A stretch of 38,768 nt of DNA, taken from Bacteroidota bacterium. GTDB taxonomy: Bacteria; Bacteroidota; Bacteroidia; M30B66. A model generated the notes under the pieces. The model was not told the DNA's origin, made no database searches, and worked only from the letters and a program-made list of their open reading frames with translations. Below, in pieces: positions 8,320 through 17,724 of the stretch (the first letter of the stretch is position 1; each line of letters begins with the position of its first letter). Position numbers and translations under genes: made by a program. The stretch covers positions 1 through 38,768 of the forward strand of contig CANMGM010000002.1 of NCBI GenBank assembly GCA_947497195.1, given 5' to 3'.

Positions 8320-9024
8320 TCAGTCTTTTTGTTCGGCAAATGTTGCCGGTCCGTGTATAATAATTTCCAATTTTTTTTCTGTTCTGCAATCGAAATTGCC
8401 AACCGCACATCTCACTATATAGGTTCCGGGTGCTTGATACGTATGGCTAACTGTATTTTCGTTGAATGTAAATTGACCATCACCGAAATCCCATTCGTAG
8501 TCCATCCCTGTTTGCGCATGAACATGAAATTTTACACTACTAGTGTTAATTTCTGTTATTAGAGGCGTAGCGGTTACATCAATTTCGAGTTCCTTGCCTT
8601 CAACTACAGTAAAATTATCCAACACCGAAATTCCTTTGGCGTGTATAAACTGGATAAGGTAATTGCCCGGCGATAAATTCCCGATTTTTCGATTATATCC
8701 TGTTGCTCCTTCTGTTACTAGCGGACCTTTGCGGTCAATCACTTTGTAACTCCACGGTTCTCCTGTTTCATTTACAAGCCAAAGTGAACCACTCTGACCT
8801 GCACAAACAGGTTGTTCTAAACGAACCTGAACTCCTTTTAATCCGGGCACTGCACCGTATCGAATTTCTTCCATTGATTGATACGTTCCGCTAATGTTTT
8901 TTCCCTGCCCTTTTTCCAGCGCTGAACTTTCAATCAATGCACGAATTTTGGCATTTTCTGATTGTCCTTTAGCGCCCACCGAAAGAACTGCAAATAAAGA
9001 TGTAAGAGTAAGAAGTTTGAACAT
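8320..9024 (-). CDS. Secreted protein with a Cys-initiated SprB-like beta-sandwich repeat followed by a PKD domain; no T9SS C-terminal domain
   Basis: The signal peptide is MFKLLTLTSLFAVLSVGAKGQ. The PKD motif is YEWDFGDG...HTYQAPGTYIV. The preceding segment VCAGQSGSLWL...PWSYKV...GNLSPGNYLIQ parallels the C-terminal cassette of the giant protein. Confidence 0.7.
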   Translation of the reverse strand: MFKLLTLTSLFAVLSVGAKGQSENAKIRALIESSALEKGQGKNISGTYQSMEEIRYGAVPGLKGVQVRLEQPVCAGQSGSLWLVNETGEPWSYKVIDRKGPLVTEGATGYNRKIGNLSPGNYLIQFIHAKGISVLDNFTVVEGKELEIDVTATPLITEINTSSVKFHVHAQTGMDYEWDFGDGQFTFNENTVSHTYQAPGTYIVRCAVGNFDCRTEKKLEIIIHGPATFAEQKD

Positions 9025-9304
9025 ACGCCGTTTTTGCTAGGGTATACTGCAAATGTGAAGCGTTTGTTCCTGCGAATAAGTAGCCAATCAAATGCTTTTT
9101 TACATGCGTAAGAAATTGAATTTTCCGAGCGCTTTATTCTTTCGATTCCTTGTCTAATGCGGTTTTTTAATGTTTATAGGTGCCAAATGATACTGTAAGG
9201 TTTTTAAGTTTTAATGAATCTACAAATGCGCTTTTCAGGCATGCTTGTTAAAAACTTGACAATAATAATTTGCTGTAAAGGCCTGCATTTTATTCGCTTC
9301 GGAA

Positions 9305-9312
9305 TAAGTTTG
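9305..9312 (+). promoter_or_regulatory. Candidate -7 promoter box TAAGTTTG upstream of the DUF4468-like gene
   Basis: It matches TAnnTTTG and lies 17 nt upstream of the ATG at 9330. Confidence 0.35.
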
Positions 9313-9329
9313 CAGTAATCATTCTCCAT

Positions 9330-9899
9330 ATGAAAACACGTTCACTTTTTTACATGCTTGTTGCAACGTTCCATTGCACATTTCTATCAGCGCAGGTTAC
9401 AACAGCACCCAAAATGCCGGTCGATGAGGTAACAAAACTTATCACTTACACCGATGTAGTTGAAGAACCCGGAATGAATAAAGATACCCTTTACAACAGA
9501 GCCATGCGCTGGTTTAAGTCGTACTTTAAAAATCCACTGGAGGCAATAAAGAAATCCGATGCCGAAGCTCGCGTTATAGAAGGTGGATATCGATTTACCG
9601 TTAAAAGACCAGAACCGGGTAGCAAGAAGCAACCTGCGCCCATGGTTGATGCCGGTTTGGTTAATTACAAACTCAAGGTGATGTGTAAAGACGGTAAATT
9701 CAAGTACGAAGTAACTTCGATGAGCTGGAAACAAACATCGTATTATCCGATTGAGCGTTGGATGGACACAGAAGCTAAATCGTATGATCCTAACTTTGCA
9801 GTATACCTCCAACAAACAGACGAGTTTGTTAAATCAATGATTAAATCGCTTGAAACGTTTATCGAAACCGACCCTGCGGTAAAGAAAGACGATTGGTAG
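9330..9899 (+). CDS. Secreted DUF4468-like protein
   Basis: It has a signal peptide (MKTRSLFYMLVATFHCTFLSAQ). The segment VDEVTKLITYTDVVEEPGMNKDTLYNRAMRWFKSYFKNP resembles the DUF4468 N-terminal pattern. This is recognition by eye only. Confidence 0.5.
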   Translation: MKTRSLFYMLVATFHCTFLSAQVTTAPKMPVDEVTKLITYTDVVEEPGMNKDTLYNRAMRWFKSYFKNPLEAIKKSDAEARVIEGGYRFTVKRPEPGSKKQPAPMVDAGLVNYKLKVMCKDGKFKYEVTSMSWKQTSYYPIERWMDTEAKSYDPNFAVYLQQTDEFVKSMIKSLETFIETDPAVKKDDW

Positions 9900-9907
9900 T
9901 CTTTGAT

Positions 9908-10930
9908 TCAGTCGATATCTAGCTGACTGAACTTTCTTTTCTTACGCAGAAAATAATCAGCCACAACCGAACTGGTGTAGACACCTACACTATTTCGGTT
10001 GTTTATTTTTTGTTTTAACAATTTCCGTTTTTGCCTTATTTGAGGAAGCATTCTGTAAAAATGCAGGTGGGCGCGAAGAATTGCCCAAAAGTGCATGTAC
10101 CCGTTCGAAATCAGAAATTTGAATGCGGCAATTCCATCGAGAATCATACGCATAAACAGCGAACGAAACAGGTAGCGGTCTTCGATATTCTTGTAGATAA
10201 GTTCCAGATTATTCCTGAAATTCAAATACGTTTTTCGCCAATTCCCTTTATCGAGCGTTCCTCCGCCAATATGAAAAACCAGCGAACGCGGTTCAACCAT
10301 TATACGGTAGCCCCGATTTTTCATTCTCCAGCACAAATCAATTTCTTCCATGTGTGCAAAAAAAGCCTCATCAAAGCCTTCGCACGCATGAAATACGGTT
10401 GATCGCACAAACATACAGGCGCCACTTGCCCAAAATACTTCCCTTTGGTCATCGTATTGTCCTTCATCTGGCTCAAGGCTTTCAAAAATTCTTCCTCTGC
10501 AAAACGGAAATCCCAAACGATCTATATACCCTCCCGATGCACCGGCGTATTCAAAGTGTGTTCGCTGTTTAAAAGCTCGGATTTTCGGTTGAATCGCCCC
10601 AATTTTTGGATCTTCATCAAATAATGTCTCCATCGGTTCAATCCAACCCGGTGTTACCTGTACGTCGGTATTCAATAACACATAAAATTCTGCATCAATC
10701 TGCTGCAAAGCTTCGTTATAACCACCTGTAAACCCTTTGTTGGATGCAATTTCAATAATACGAACATCCGGAAAGTCTGATTTTAGCATCGCTACAGAGC
10801 CATCGCTCGATGCATTATCGGCAACAACAATCGAAGCTCCGGGAGAACATGCAATAACTTCGGGTAAGAACTGCTTTAACAGATGTATCCCGTTCCAGTT
10901 TAACAATACGACTGCCGTTTTCGAACTCAT
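9908..10930 (-). CDS. Family 2 glycosyltransferase
   Basis: The ORF start in the track (11038) overlaps the upstream gene. The ATG at 10930 gives MSSKTAVVLLNWNGIHLLKQFLPEV...VVADNASSDGS, a typical GT2 N-terminus, with DxD-like TDV. It lies 1 bp after the upstream stop. Confidence 0.85.
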   Translation of the reverse strand: MSSKTAVVLLNWNGIHLLKQFLPEVIACSPGASIVVADNASSDGSVAMLKSDFPDVRIIEIASNKGFTGGYNEALQQIDAEFYVLLNTDVQVTPGWIEPMETLFDEDPKIGAIQPKIRAFKQRTHFEYAGASGGYIDRLGFPFCRGRIFESLEPDEGQYDDQREVFWASGACMFVRSTVFHACEGFDEAFFAHMEEIDLCWRMKNRGYRIMVEPRSLVFHIGGGTLDKGNWRKTYLNFRNNLELIYKNIEDRYLFRSLFMRMILDGIAAFKFLISNGYMHFWAILRAHLHFYRMLPQIRQKRKLLKQKINNRNSVGVYTSSVVADYFLRKKRKFSQLDID

Positions 10931-10931
10931 T

Positions 10932-11768
10932 TTATCGTTTGTGTTTCCAGCGTTTGTGCGACCAAAGCCATGCCTCGGGTGTTTCTCGGATGTCTCGCTC
11001 CAACTCACGAACATGCCACTCTGTAAGTGTGCCCTCACATGTATGTATGTCCATGTCTTTCAACGCTCTGAATTGAATACTGTAGAACCCGCGTCTTACA
11101 CGATGCATCGATAAATATACAACAACAAATTCCTTGCTGCGCGCAATTTTTTCAGGGCCCCAAAACACTGGTGTATCGCGTCCCAAAAAATTGGTCCAGT
11201 ATGCCTGGTTTGGATGCGGAGCCTGATCGGCAATCAGATAAACCATTACTGGTTCTTCCGACTTTAGTACTGACCTGTAAATCTGCTGCGAAGGAATTAA
11301 TTGCGTTCCTTCCTGTTCGCGAATTTTTTTCATCATGCTGTCGGCCTTCGCGTTTGCAAGCGGACGATAAGCCGCCATTACCCGAAATCCGCTCAATTTG
11401 CCCAAAGCCGTGCCCAGCCATTCCCAGTTCCCGGTGTGTCCGCCTATGGCAAGTACCGATTTTCCTTCTGCTTTACATTGTTCCAAAAATGCCGTATTTT
11501 CAATTTGTATGCGTCGCTCTAAAAAACCTTTACGGAAGGCCAAAAGTTGAACTGTTTCGAGTAAAATATCCGAAAAATGCGCATAAAATTTCTTGACTAA
11601 CGTATGCTTCTCGTTTTGACTCAAATTAGGAAAGGCAAGATCAATATTTGACTCCACTACCGATTTGCGATACCCGACAAGAATTCTTAGGATGAAGGCG
11701 ATGCCATCCGAAAAAACATAAAATATTCGCGTTGGAAGATATGCGAGAAGTAGTCCGAGAATTCGCAT
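10932..11768 (-). CDS. Lysophospholipid / lipid A biosynthesis (LpxL/HtrB-family) acyltransferase
   Basis: The segment LAFPNLSQNEKHTLVKKFYAHFSDILLET...LAIGGHTGNWEWLG carries the H-x4-E active-site motif. The length of 278 aa fits the family. Confidence 0.8.
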   Translation of the reverse strand: MRILGLLLAYLPTRIFYVFSDGIAFILRILVGYRKSVVESNIDLAFPNLSQNEKHTLVKKFYAHFSDILLETVQLLAFRKGFLERRIQIENTAFLEQCKAEGKSVLAIGGHTGNWEWLGTALGKLSGFRVMAAYRPLANAKADSMMKKIREQEGTQLIPSQQIYRSVLKSEEPVMVYLIADQAPHPNQAYWTNFLGRDTPVFWGPEKIARSKEFVVVYLSMHRVRRGFYSIQFRALKDMDIHTCEGTLTEWHVRELERDIRETPEAWLWSHKRWKHKR

Positions 11769-11777
11769 GGTGCAATT

Positions 11778-13259
11778 TTAGCGCGGCATAAGGAAATTCT
11801 GCTTCAGCTGGCTACCAAAATGCGGGTCCGAATCGATTGCATCGATATCGTTGGTTTGTGTATCGCGCTTCATAACCATAAACATCCACTGGTCGTTCAT
11901 TATTTCCCCCAAGGCATCGGAATGAATTAGCGCAAAGTCGTTCGTCACCAAATCGGGGTTGTAGAAAACGAAGCGTCGGTTGCTCTGGTTGTTGATCTTA
12001 TAATACTGCCAGATTTCGTATGGGTATGCCGATGGTTCGCGCAGGCTTTGGGTGCGGTTATCGGGCGGGCCATATTGCAGATAAACACGGCCCCGGTCAG
12101 TTGTGTACCCTTTTCGGATGGAGGTTGCAAACGTGAGCTGCACTTTACGAACCTCAAGGAAGTATTTTTCCCATGCTTTTCCGGGATTTTCCGGGTCTCT
12201 GTTTTTCCAGAATGCCAGAAAATACTGTTGCATATTTTTGAGATTCTTCTCTTTCAATAAATTTTCGGCAAAACTGTTTTCGCGCGGAGAACCAATAGGG
12301 GATAGGCAGCGAATATGCTCGGCAAGGCTATCGGGGTTTATATAGCGTGATGCAAAACTACCTTCGGTCACAACTTCAATTACTTTATCCAATGCAATGT
12401 CGGTATATGGATTGTGCCTGAGAAAGGGAACCGATTTCCGAGCTTTTAATGTATTCTCAGCGTCGCGCACTTCGGCAATCAGTTTGTAACTTCCCGTCGA
12501 AAGGTTGCGGATATCGAGCTCCGCCAATATTGAATTAACCGCCGCACTGCTAAATCGCTTGAATCCTCCAAACGATTCTACTGGTTTTCCTGTTTCGGCG
12601 TTTTCAATGAAGTATTGAATTAGAAATTTTTTGCCTTCACCCAAAACTTCAAGACTTCGGTAAATTTCGCTGTAAAAGGTTAGCTTTTCTTCCCGTGCAG
12701 GGTAAAAGTCAGATAAATGGGGCATTAACACGTATCCTCCTTTTATGAACGGACCTGTTTTATCGGTTTTTTCTGATGATTCAATCAATTGTATATCTGA
12801 AAATGCAATCGAATCGCGCAATGCCGCAATGCGAATCGTATCGCTGGCTTTTACACTTTCTGCATCTTTTTGCCCCAAGTCTTTAATTTCAAGAGCCAAT
12901 ACAAATTCGCCTTCACTTAATGCAATGCGTTGTTGGTCCATGAAATTTTGTACCCGTGCCGATGAATCAATGTTTTCGGGACTTAATAAATTGTACCGAT
13001 CGGCATAGGTAATTTTGCCGTTCTGACTAACAGAAAGGAGTACCTCGATCGAAGCCTGATATGTGCCGTTTTGATTTTTCGCATGCCGAACACTATTGCC
13101 TTTAACCATCAATGTTGTTTCGATGTATGGCGATTTACCTGCGGCTCTAAAGGCGTGATAGCTGAATAAAGCTTGAGGTTTGGTGCTTTGCGCAATTAAA
13201 CATCCCATTGCCAGCATAACACCGAGTAATGCACTAATATTTTTCTTGTTGATCATCAT
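11778..13259 (-). CDS. GWxTD domain-containing secreted protein
   Basis: The C-terminal region reads KGYTTDRGRVYLQYGPPDNR...YPYEIWQYY...RFVFYNPD...ALIHSD, which fits the GWxTD signature. The track start at 13274 is a TTG. ATG-ATG at 13259 gives MMINKKNISALLGVMLAMGC, a signal peptide. Confidence 0.8.
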   Translation of the reverse strand: MMINKKNISALLGVMLAMGCLIAQSTKPQALFSYHAFRAAGKSPYIETTLMVKGNSVRHAKNQNGTYQASIEVLLSVSQNGKITYADRYNLLSPENIDSSARVQNFMDQQRIALSEGEFVLALEIKDLGQKDAESVKASDTIRIAALRDSIAFSDIQLIESSEKTDKTGPFIKGGYVLMPHLSDFYPAREEKLTFYSEIYRSLEVLGEGKKFLIQYFIENAETGKPVESFGGFKRFSSAAVNSILAELDIRNLSTGSYKLIAEVRDAENTLKARKSVPFLRHNPYTDIALDKVIEVVTEGSFASRYINPDSLAEHIRCLSPIGSPRENSFAENLLKEKNLKNMQQYFLAFWKNRDPENPGKAWEKYFLEVRKVQLTFATSIRKGYTTDRGRVYLQYGPPDNRTQSLREPSAYPYEIWQYYKINNQSNRRFVFYNPDLVTNDFALIHSDALGEIMNDQWMFMVMKRDTQTNDIDAIDSDPHFGSQLKQNFLMPR

Positions 13260-13277
13260 AATCCCTTTCTTCAAGTT

Positions 13278-16200
13278 TTATAAAACACTACGTTTAGATT
13301 TTCCCCTAAACTCTTTCCAGTCATCAAATTCGCGCCTGTAGAAAACCCCTACTCCTTGTGTGTAAGGAACGTCATTGGTAATAAGCAGGTATTGATTCGA
13401 GCGATTAAAGGCTTTGATGCGCACCGCTCCATCTTCGGTTATTTTAATTTCAATGTTAAACTCTCCAACCATACCCGTTGTATTGTTAATTGAATTGGTA
13501 TTGCCCGCTGTAGTTGTGCCCAGGCTTCCATCGATTAGTACGCGGTCGTTAAATAGTTGCGTCGATAAATTTACATTCACCTGATCGTTAATTCCCGTTC
13601 CGCCTTGAACATAATTAACGCCGAGATTTACATCCGAACTGAGTTGAGACAACATGTTGCTGAGCTGGCTGCTGAGTAATTCTGAAACGTTGCTGCCTAC
13701 ATTGTTTATGGGCGCCACACTGGCCACACCGTTCTGACTTGGCATAAATGTTCTGAAAACTACGAGCGAAAAAACTTGTCGATTCAAATCATCCTCATTC
13801 ACGATTTGCGATTTTAATAGGTTTCTCGTTTGGTCATCAGAATTGGGCAATACAATATCGAACGAAATTCGTGGCTTCATGAGTTTATCTGTAAGCATCA
13901 TGGTTGCATCAACATCGATCGGGCGTTTAACAGCTGCGGTTGAGTCAATGTTTTTTACAAGCTGATACAGTGGTGTCCTCACTCTGTAAACAGCAGTTAA
14001 ATCGATATCGGCATCGTACGGATCTCCTTTAAAATTAATGACACCTCCTTTTTGTACCAGAAACTTTTTGTTGATAATGTTTTGAAGTGTGAATAAATAT
14101 TCTCCTTTATCGATTTGATATTCCCCGAAAACATTGAATTCGCCTGCCTCGGTAACATTCAGGCGCAGATTGGCATTGCCGTTTCCGCTGATTATATCTC
14201 CCACTTTGGGATCGAATAACAACCTTGCCTCTGCTTCGGGTGTAACTTCGAGGTTGAAATTCAGTTCATACCCTTTCGCCTCTACTTTCCGGGTATTTGT
14301 ACCTTTCTTACTGTTTTTTGCTCCGGATGCCGACTGAAATGTCACATAATTTTGCTCATTCACATCCGATGTTCCACTTAATGGCAAATTAAAAACGGTG
14401 CCGCGCTCGGTGCGGGCATTGATGTCCATAACGATATTGTCGATTGGTCCGTACGCCCTGAAATTGCCGCTTGCATATGCTGTACCGAAAAACAGGTCGC
14501 TCTGATTTTCGTTTGTATTCAGGGTTTGCATCTTATCGAAATTGATTCGAATATCGAGGTTAAAGTTTTTAAAATAATCGTGTGTAACTTTCACATCGCA
14601 GCGTGCAATGTTCTGGTTAATGTCTTTCAAATAGAGTGTTTTGCTGGAAATCAGATTCTTGCGGAATTGAATTTTATCGAGAACCTGATAACGGGTATTT
14701 AATATATCGACTGTAATAAATGTGCGTTTATCGAACGAAAGCTCTCCATCGGCCACCGGTTTTTCTGGCGATCCGGTTATGTGAATGTCGCCATCGAGCA
14801 ATCCGGTTACATTAGAGAATAAATCGCTTACGTATGGTTTGATTAATTCGAGTTTGAGATTTCTGATTTTGCAATACAGGTCGAGGTTGTTTTCCTTTTT
14901 TGCGGTGTAAACATGCCCTTGGAAATCGATTTTCTTAAACTCGTTGGTTCCTATAAACCCATTCAGGCTAATCTTCTTTTCTTCCGGATCCCAACGTGAT
15001 ACAATACTTCCGTCGCCTATGAAATCTTTGTTTACGCGAATTCCCTTTAATTCGAGGTTCGAGGTAAAAAGTGGCTTTTCAAAAAGATTCGAAAACGAAA
15101 CTACACCATTTGCAAGTCCATCAAGTTGAATATCGTTATCGGCAATGAAAGGGTTTACGTTATTCAGACTAAACTTATCTAGGTTAATATCAAGTTCGTG
15201 CTTCGGATCCTTGCTAATTTTCCCATCGGCACGAAGGAATTCATTGTTATGAATGAACGAAAGATTCTCGATATTCCATATCCCTTTTTCATAGGCAATG
15301 TAGTTGTCTTCATTGACTTGCCATAGCGAATCGCCCACCAAAATGATTGAAGGAAGGATATTCATCTGAATAGCATCGTCGATAAACCAAATTCGCGTAT
15401 TTAATTGTGCATCTGCTTCACGAATATCACTGCGTGATGCCCATTCGAGACTAACATCCATGCTGTCGGAAATGGCACTTGAATGCAATGAGACATGGCG
15501 TATCGCCAGACTGTCGCTCAGATTAACAGTTGCCGAATAAAAGTCGATGCCCAATACATGGTTTTCTGCCTTGGCCTTGATTTGTGGTTTTATAAATTCA
15601 ACGCCGGAAGCAATCCATTTTGGTCCGTTTGCCTGAATATCGACGAATTGTCTTTGTGCATCAAAGCGCCCCGAAACTGTAGATCCGGGAAGAAATTCCA
15701 GATCAGGAAAAAACAAACTTTGCAGTAATTCCGGATGTTTAACTTTTATATTGAACTTGAAGTTCTGAACAAAATCACTTTCTTTTTTAGCAATGGGAAT
15801 CAACGAAGATTTTGGTAAAAATGAGTTTAATACATCTGTAATGCCTGCTTGCAATTCTTCAAGCCTGAATGCGCCTTTTACGTCCATGTCGAACATGTCG
15901 CTGTACAACTTAATTTCTCTATCGTAAATGCCCCCTGAAGCTTCGAGCAACAGATCATCTACGAAATACTGCTGATGTCCATAGGTAATTTTCGATGCAA
16001 TCAGTTCAATCTGACCATCTAAATTATCGATGGAGTTGCCTGTAAATTCAGTTGCTATTTCTGTAGAAATAATTAAACCCGAATCGCGTTTTGTAATGCC
16101 GAGTGCATTTAAGTTTATGCGATCAACAGACGATGAAAAATCAAATTTAGCATTGCTCTTCGACAAATCTGCAAAACCATTGAACGAAACACGCAGATTT

Positions 16201-17678
16201 GGATCGGCTATATTGAATTTTCCGTTGTAAACATTACGCGCAATTTCACCGCTAACTTTAATATTTTGGATGCGATAACCTCCCAAATCCATATAGCCTA
16301 TGTCGCCACTGATGAATGCCTCAATTTTGTTTCTGTCGAAACTTTGCCCATGCACCAGCGCATTGCCGTTAACAAATCCGAGTTGAGGATTTACCTTGAT
16401 TATTTTCCCCAATTCAAGCGATTCGGTCGAAACATACCCGTCGTAGCGGTAATCTTTTAGTACGTTGTCGTAGCGTAGATTTATATCTGCAATAAGTTCT
16501 CCAATGGATGTTTGAAGTGCTCCTTCGAGCGAAGCATTATCGAGGGTGCCGCTTACTTTACCCTTAAAATCAATTTTCTCTAGTGTATAAATCTCATTGG
16601 GGATAGTGAGTTTTTCTCTTCTATTAAAAGGATAAGACGGAATTAACGCAAGATCGGAAGCCTCTGTTCTGAATTGATTCAACTTGAGCGAATAATACAT
16701 GCTATCGGTATCGGGTAAGCCTATGAAATGAAGGTCTCCTGCCAGCTTACTTGCATTTCCCCATTCAATCAGGGTGTTTTTCCCTTTGAGGTTTTTAATT
16801 TTCCCTTGCAGGGTTCCTGCAAATTGAACGTCCAGATTTAATCCATTTAATTCGTCTGAGAAAACCTGCAATTCATCCAGGTTTATTTTACTTGTTTTAA
16901 TCTTTCCCTGAATATCAACAGAATCTATAAAATTGCTTAAGTCTGCATAACTGCTATAATCAAACCTTAGTTTCCCTTCTAGGCTGCTTTTGTTGGATAT
17001 TGCTTTTAGATTGGCAAATTCCATCGCATTGTAACTGATAATGAAATCGGAACTAAATTCCTTTAATCTAAAGCCTGATGCTTCGCGGCATGTCAGAGAA
17101 CGTATTTTGCCACTCAGCGAATCATCAATAATGGTGAATAAATCAAGTTGTGCATTTATGTCGCGTATTTGGATATGGTCGTAGTTCATTCCCTTGACCG
17201 ACTTTGCAATACTATCGCGATATTCGTAGGTGAAATCGACGTTTTCTAGTTCCGCCTTCCAGAAAAATATTTTCGAGGGTGCTGAGCGTGTTGTGTCATT
17301 CGGGTCACGCGGTGGGTCAAGTATATCTATCAGAAATTGAATGCTTAAATCATCCTCATTCCAATACTGCTTCACATTAAATCGTCCGTTTTGAGCCGAA
17401 ACACGGTCGAAATCGATGTGTTTTGCATTTAGGTAAACGTCGTCGAAGTTGGCTTCCAATTTTCCCATGTACAACAGTGTATCATGGTGTAGATCCTCTA
17501 CGTAAAGTCCTTCCAGAATAACCCGGTCGAAAAAGCGTATATTCACTTTATCGATTGAAATTTTCGTGCCCACCGATTCAGAGGCATATTTCGAGAGCGC
17601 CTTTGCCAGTGAAGTCTGTACTATAGGGAATTGCAACATAATAAATAGCGCCGCAAGCAATAGCAGGATGCTAAGCAA
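13278..17678 (-). CDS. tamB: TamB / AsmA-like translocation and assembly module protein (1466 aa)
   Basis: It has an N-terminal TM anchor (LSILLLLAALFIMLQFPIV) and a long beta-rich body. The C-terminal DUF490-like tail reads LIDGSLG...VRIKAFNRSN...PYTQGVGVFYRREFD. Its size and its divergent position relative to tsaD are typical of Bacteroidota. The start codon is uncertain (TTG). Confidence 0.8.
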   Translation of the reverse strand: MLSILLLLAALFIMLQFPIVQTSLAKALSKYASESVGTKISIDKVNIRFFDRVILEGLYVEDLHHDTLLYMGKLEANFDDVYLNAKHIDFDRVSAQNGRFNVKQYWNEDDLSIQFLIDILDPPRDPNDTTRSAPSKIFFWKAELENVDFTYEYRDSIAKSVKGMNYDHIQIRDINAQLDLFTIIDDSLSGKIRSLTCREASGFRLKEFSSDFIISYNAMEFANLKAISNKSSLEGKLRFDYSSYADLSNFIDSVDIQGKIKTSKINLDELQVFSDELNGLNLDVQFAGTLQGKIKNLKGKNTLIEWGNASKLAGDLHFIGLPDTDSMYYSLKLNQFRTEASDLALIPSYPFNRREKLTIPNEIYTLEKIDFKGKVSGTLDNASLEGALQTSIGELIADINLRYDNVLKDYRYDGYVSTESLELGKIIKVNPQLGFVNGNALVHGQSFDRNKIEAFISGDIGYMDLGGYRIQNIKVSGEIARNVYNGKFNIADPNLRVSFNGFADLSKSNAKFDFSSSVDRINLNALGITKRDSGLIISTEIATEFTGNSIDNLDGQIELIASKITYGHQQYFVDDLLLEASGGIYDREIKLYSDMFDMDVKGAFRLEELQAGITDVLNSFLPKSSLIPIAKKESDFVQNFKFNIKVKHPELLQSLFFPDLEFLPGSTVSGRFDAQRQFVDIQANGPKWIASGVEFIKPQIKAKAENHVLGIDFYSATVNLSDSLAIRHVSLHSSAISDSMDVSLEWASRSDIREADAQLNTRIWFIDDAIQMNILPSIILVGDSLWQVNEDNYIAYEKGIWNIENLSFIHNNEFLRADGKISKDPKHELDINLDKFSLNNVNPFIADNDIQLDGLANGVVSFSNLFEKPLFTSNLELKGIRVNKDFIGDGSIVSRWDPEEKKISLNGFIGTNEFKKIDFQGHVYTAKKENNLDLYCKIRNLKLELIKPYVSDLFSNVTGLLDGDIHITGSPEKPVADGELSFDKRTFITVDILNTRYQVLDKIQFRKNLISSKTLYLKDINQNIARCDVKVTHDYFKNFNLDIRINFDKMQTLNTNENQSDLFFGTAYASGNFRAYGPIDNIVMDINARTERGTVFNLPLSGTSDVNEQNYVTFQSASGAKNSKKGTNTRKVEAKGYELNFNLEVTPEAEARLLFDPKVGDIISGNGNANLRLNVTEAGEFNVFGEYQIDKGEYLFTLQNIINKKFLVQKGGVINFKGDPYDADIDLTAVYRVRTPLYQLVKNIDSTAAVKRPIDVDATMMLTDKLMKPRISFDIVLPNSDDQTRNLLKSQIVNEDDLNRQVFSLVVFRTFMPSQNGVASVAPINNVGSNVSELLSSQLSNMLSQLSSDVNLGVNYVQGGTGINDQVNVNLSTQLFNDRVLIDGSLGTTTAGNTNSINNTTGMVGEFNIEIKITEDGAVRIKAFNRSNQYLLITNDVPYTQGVGVFYRREFDDWKEFRGKSKRSVL

Positions 17679-17724
17679 AAAAAATCCCGTTATTTTGCGT
17701 ACTATTTTAATTGCGATAGAAATT

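Noticed and set aside
8371-8378. T8 homopolymer inside the PKD-protein CDS as a phase-variation tract; the A8 run at 17677-17684 is a similar case
   Set aside because: Runs of 8 are common in AT-rich genomes. The 8371 run encodes EKKLE near the C-terminus, where a slip would have little effect, and I have no read-level evidence of length variation. For the 17677 run I checked upstream and found no alternative-frame ATG that a slip could connect.
9899-9908. Convergent gene pairs with almost no spacer (9899/9908 and 18744/18749) as a sign of antisense regulation
   Set aside because: Tight convergent packing is common in compact bacterial genomes. I see no specific sequence signal to support a regulatory claim.
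17566-17724. Upstream extensions of ORF-track entries: tsaD from 17566, GT2 from 11038, def from 19921, msrB from 22606, GWxTD from 13274 and the ATPase from 30305
   Set aside because: The extensions start at TTG or GTG codons or overlap the neighbouring gene. They also add non-homologous residues before well-known N-terminal motifs, so I used the internal ATG starts.
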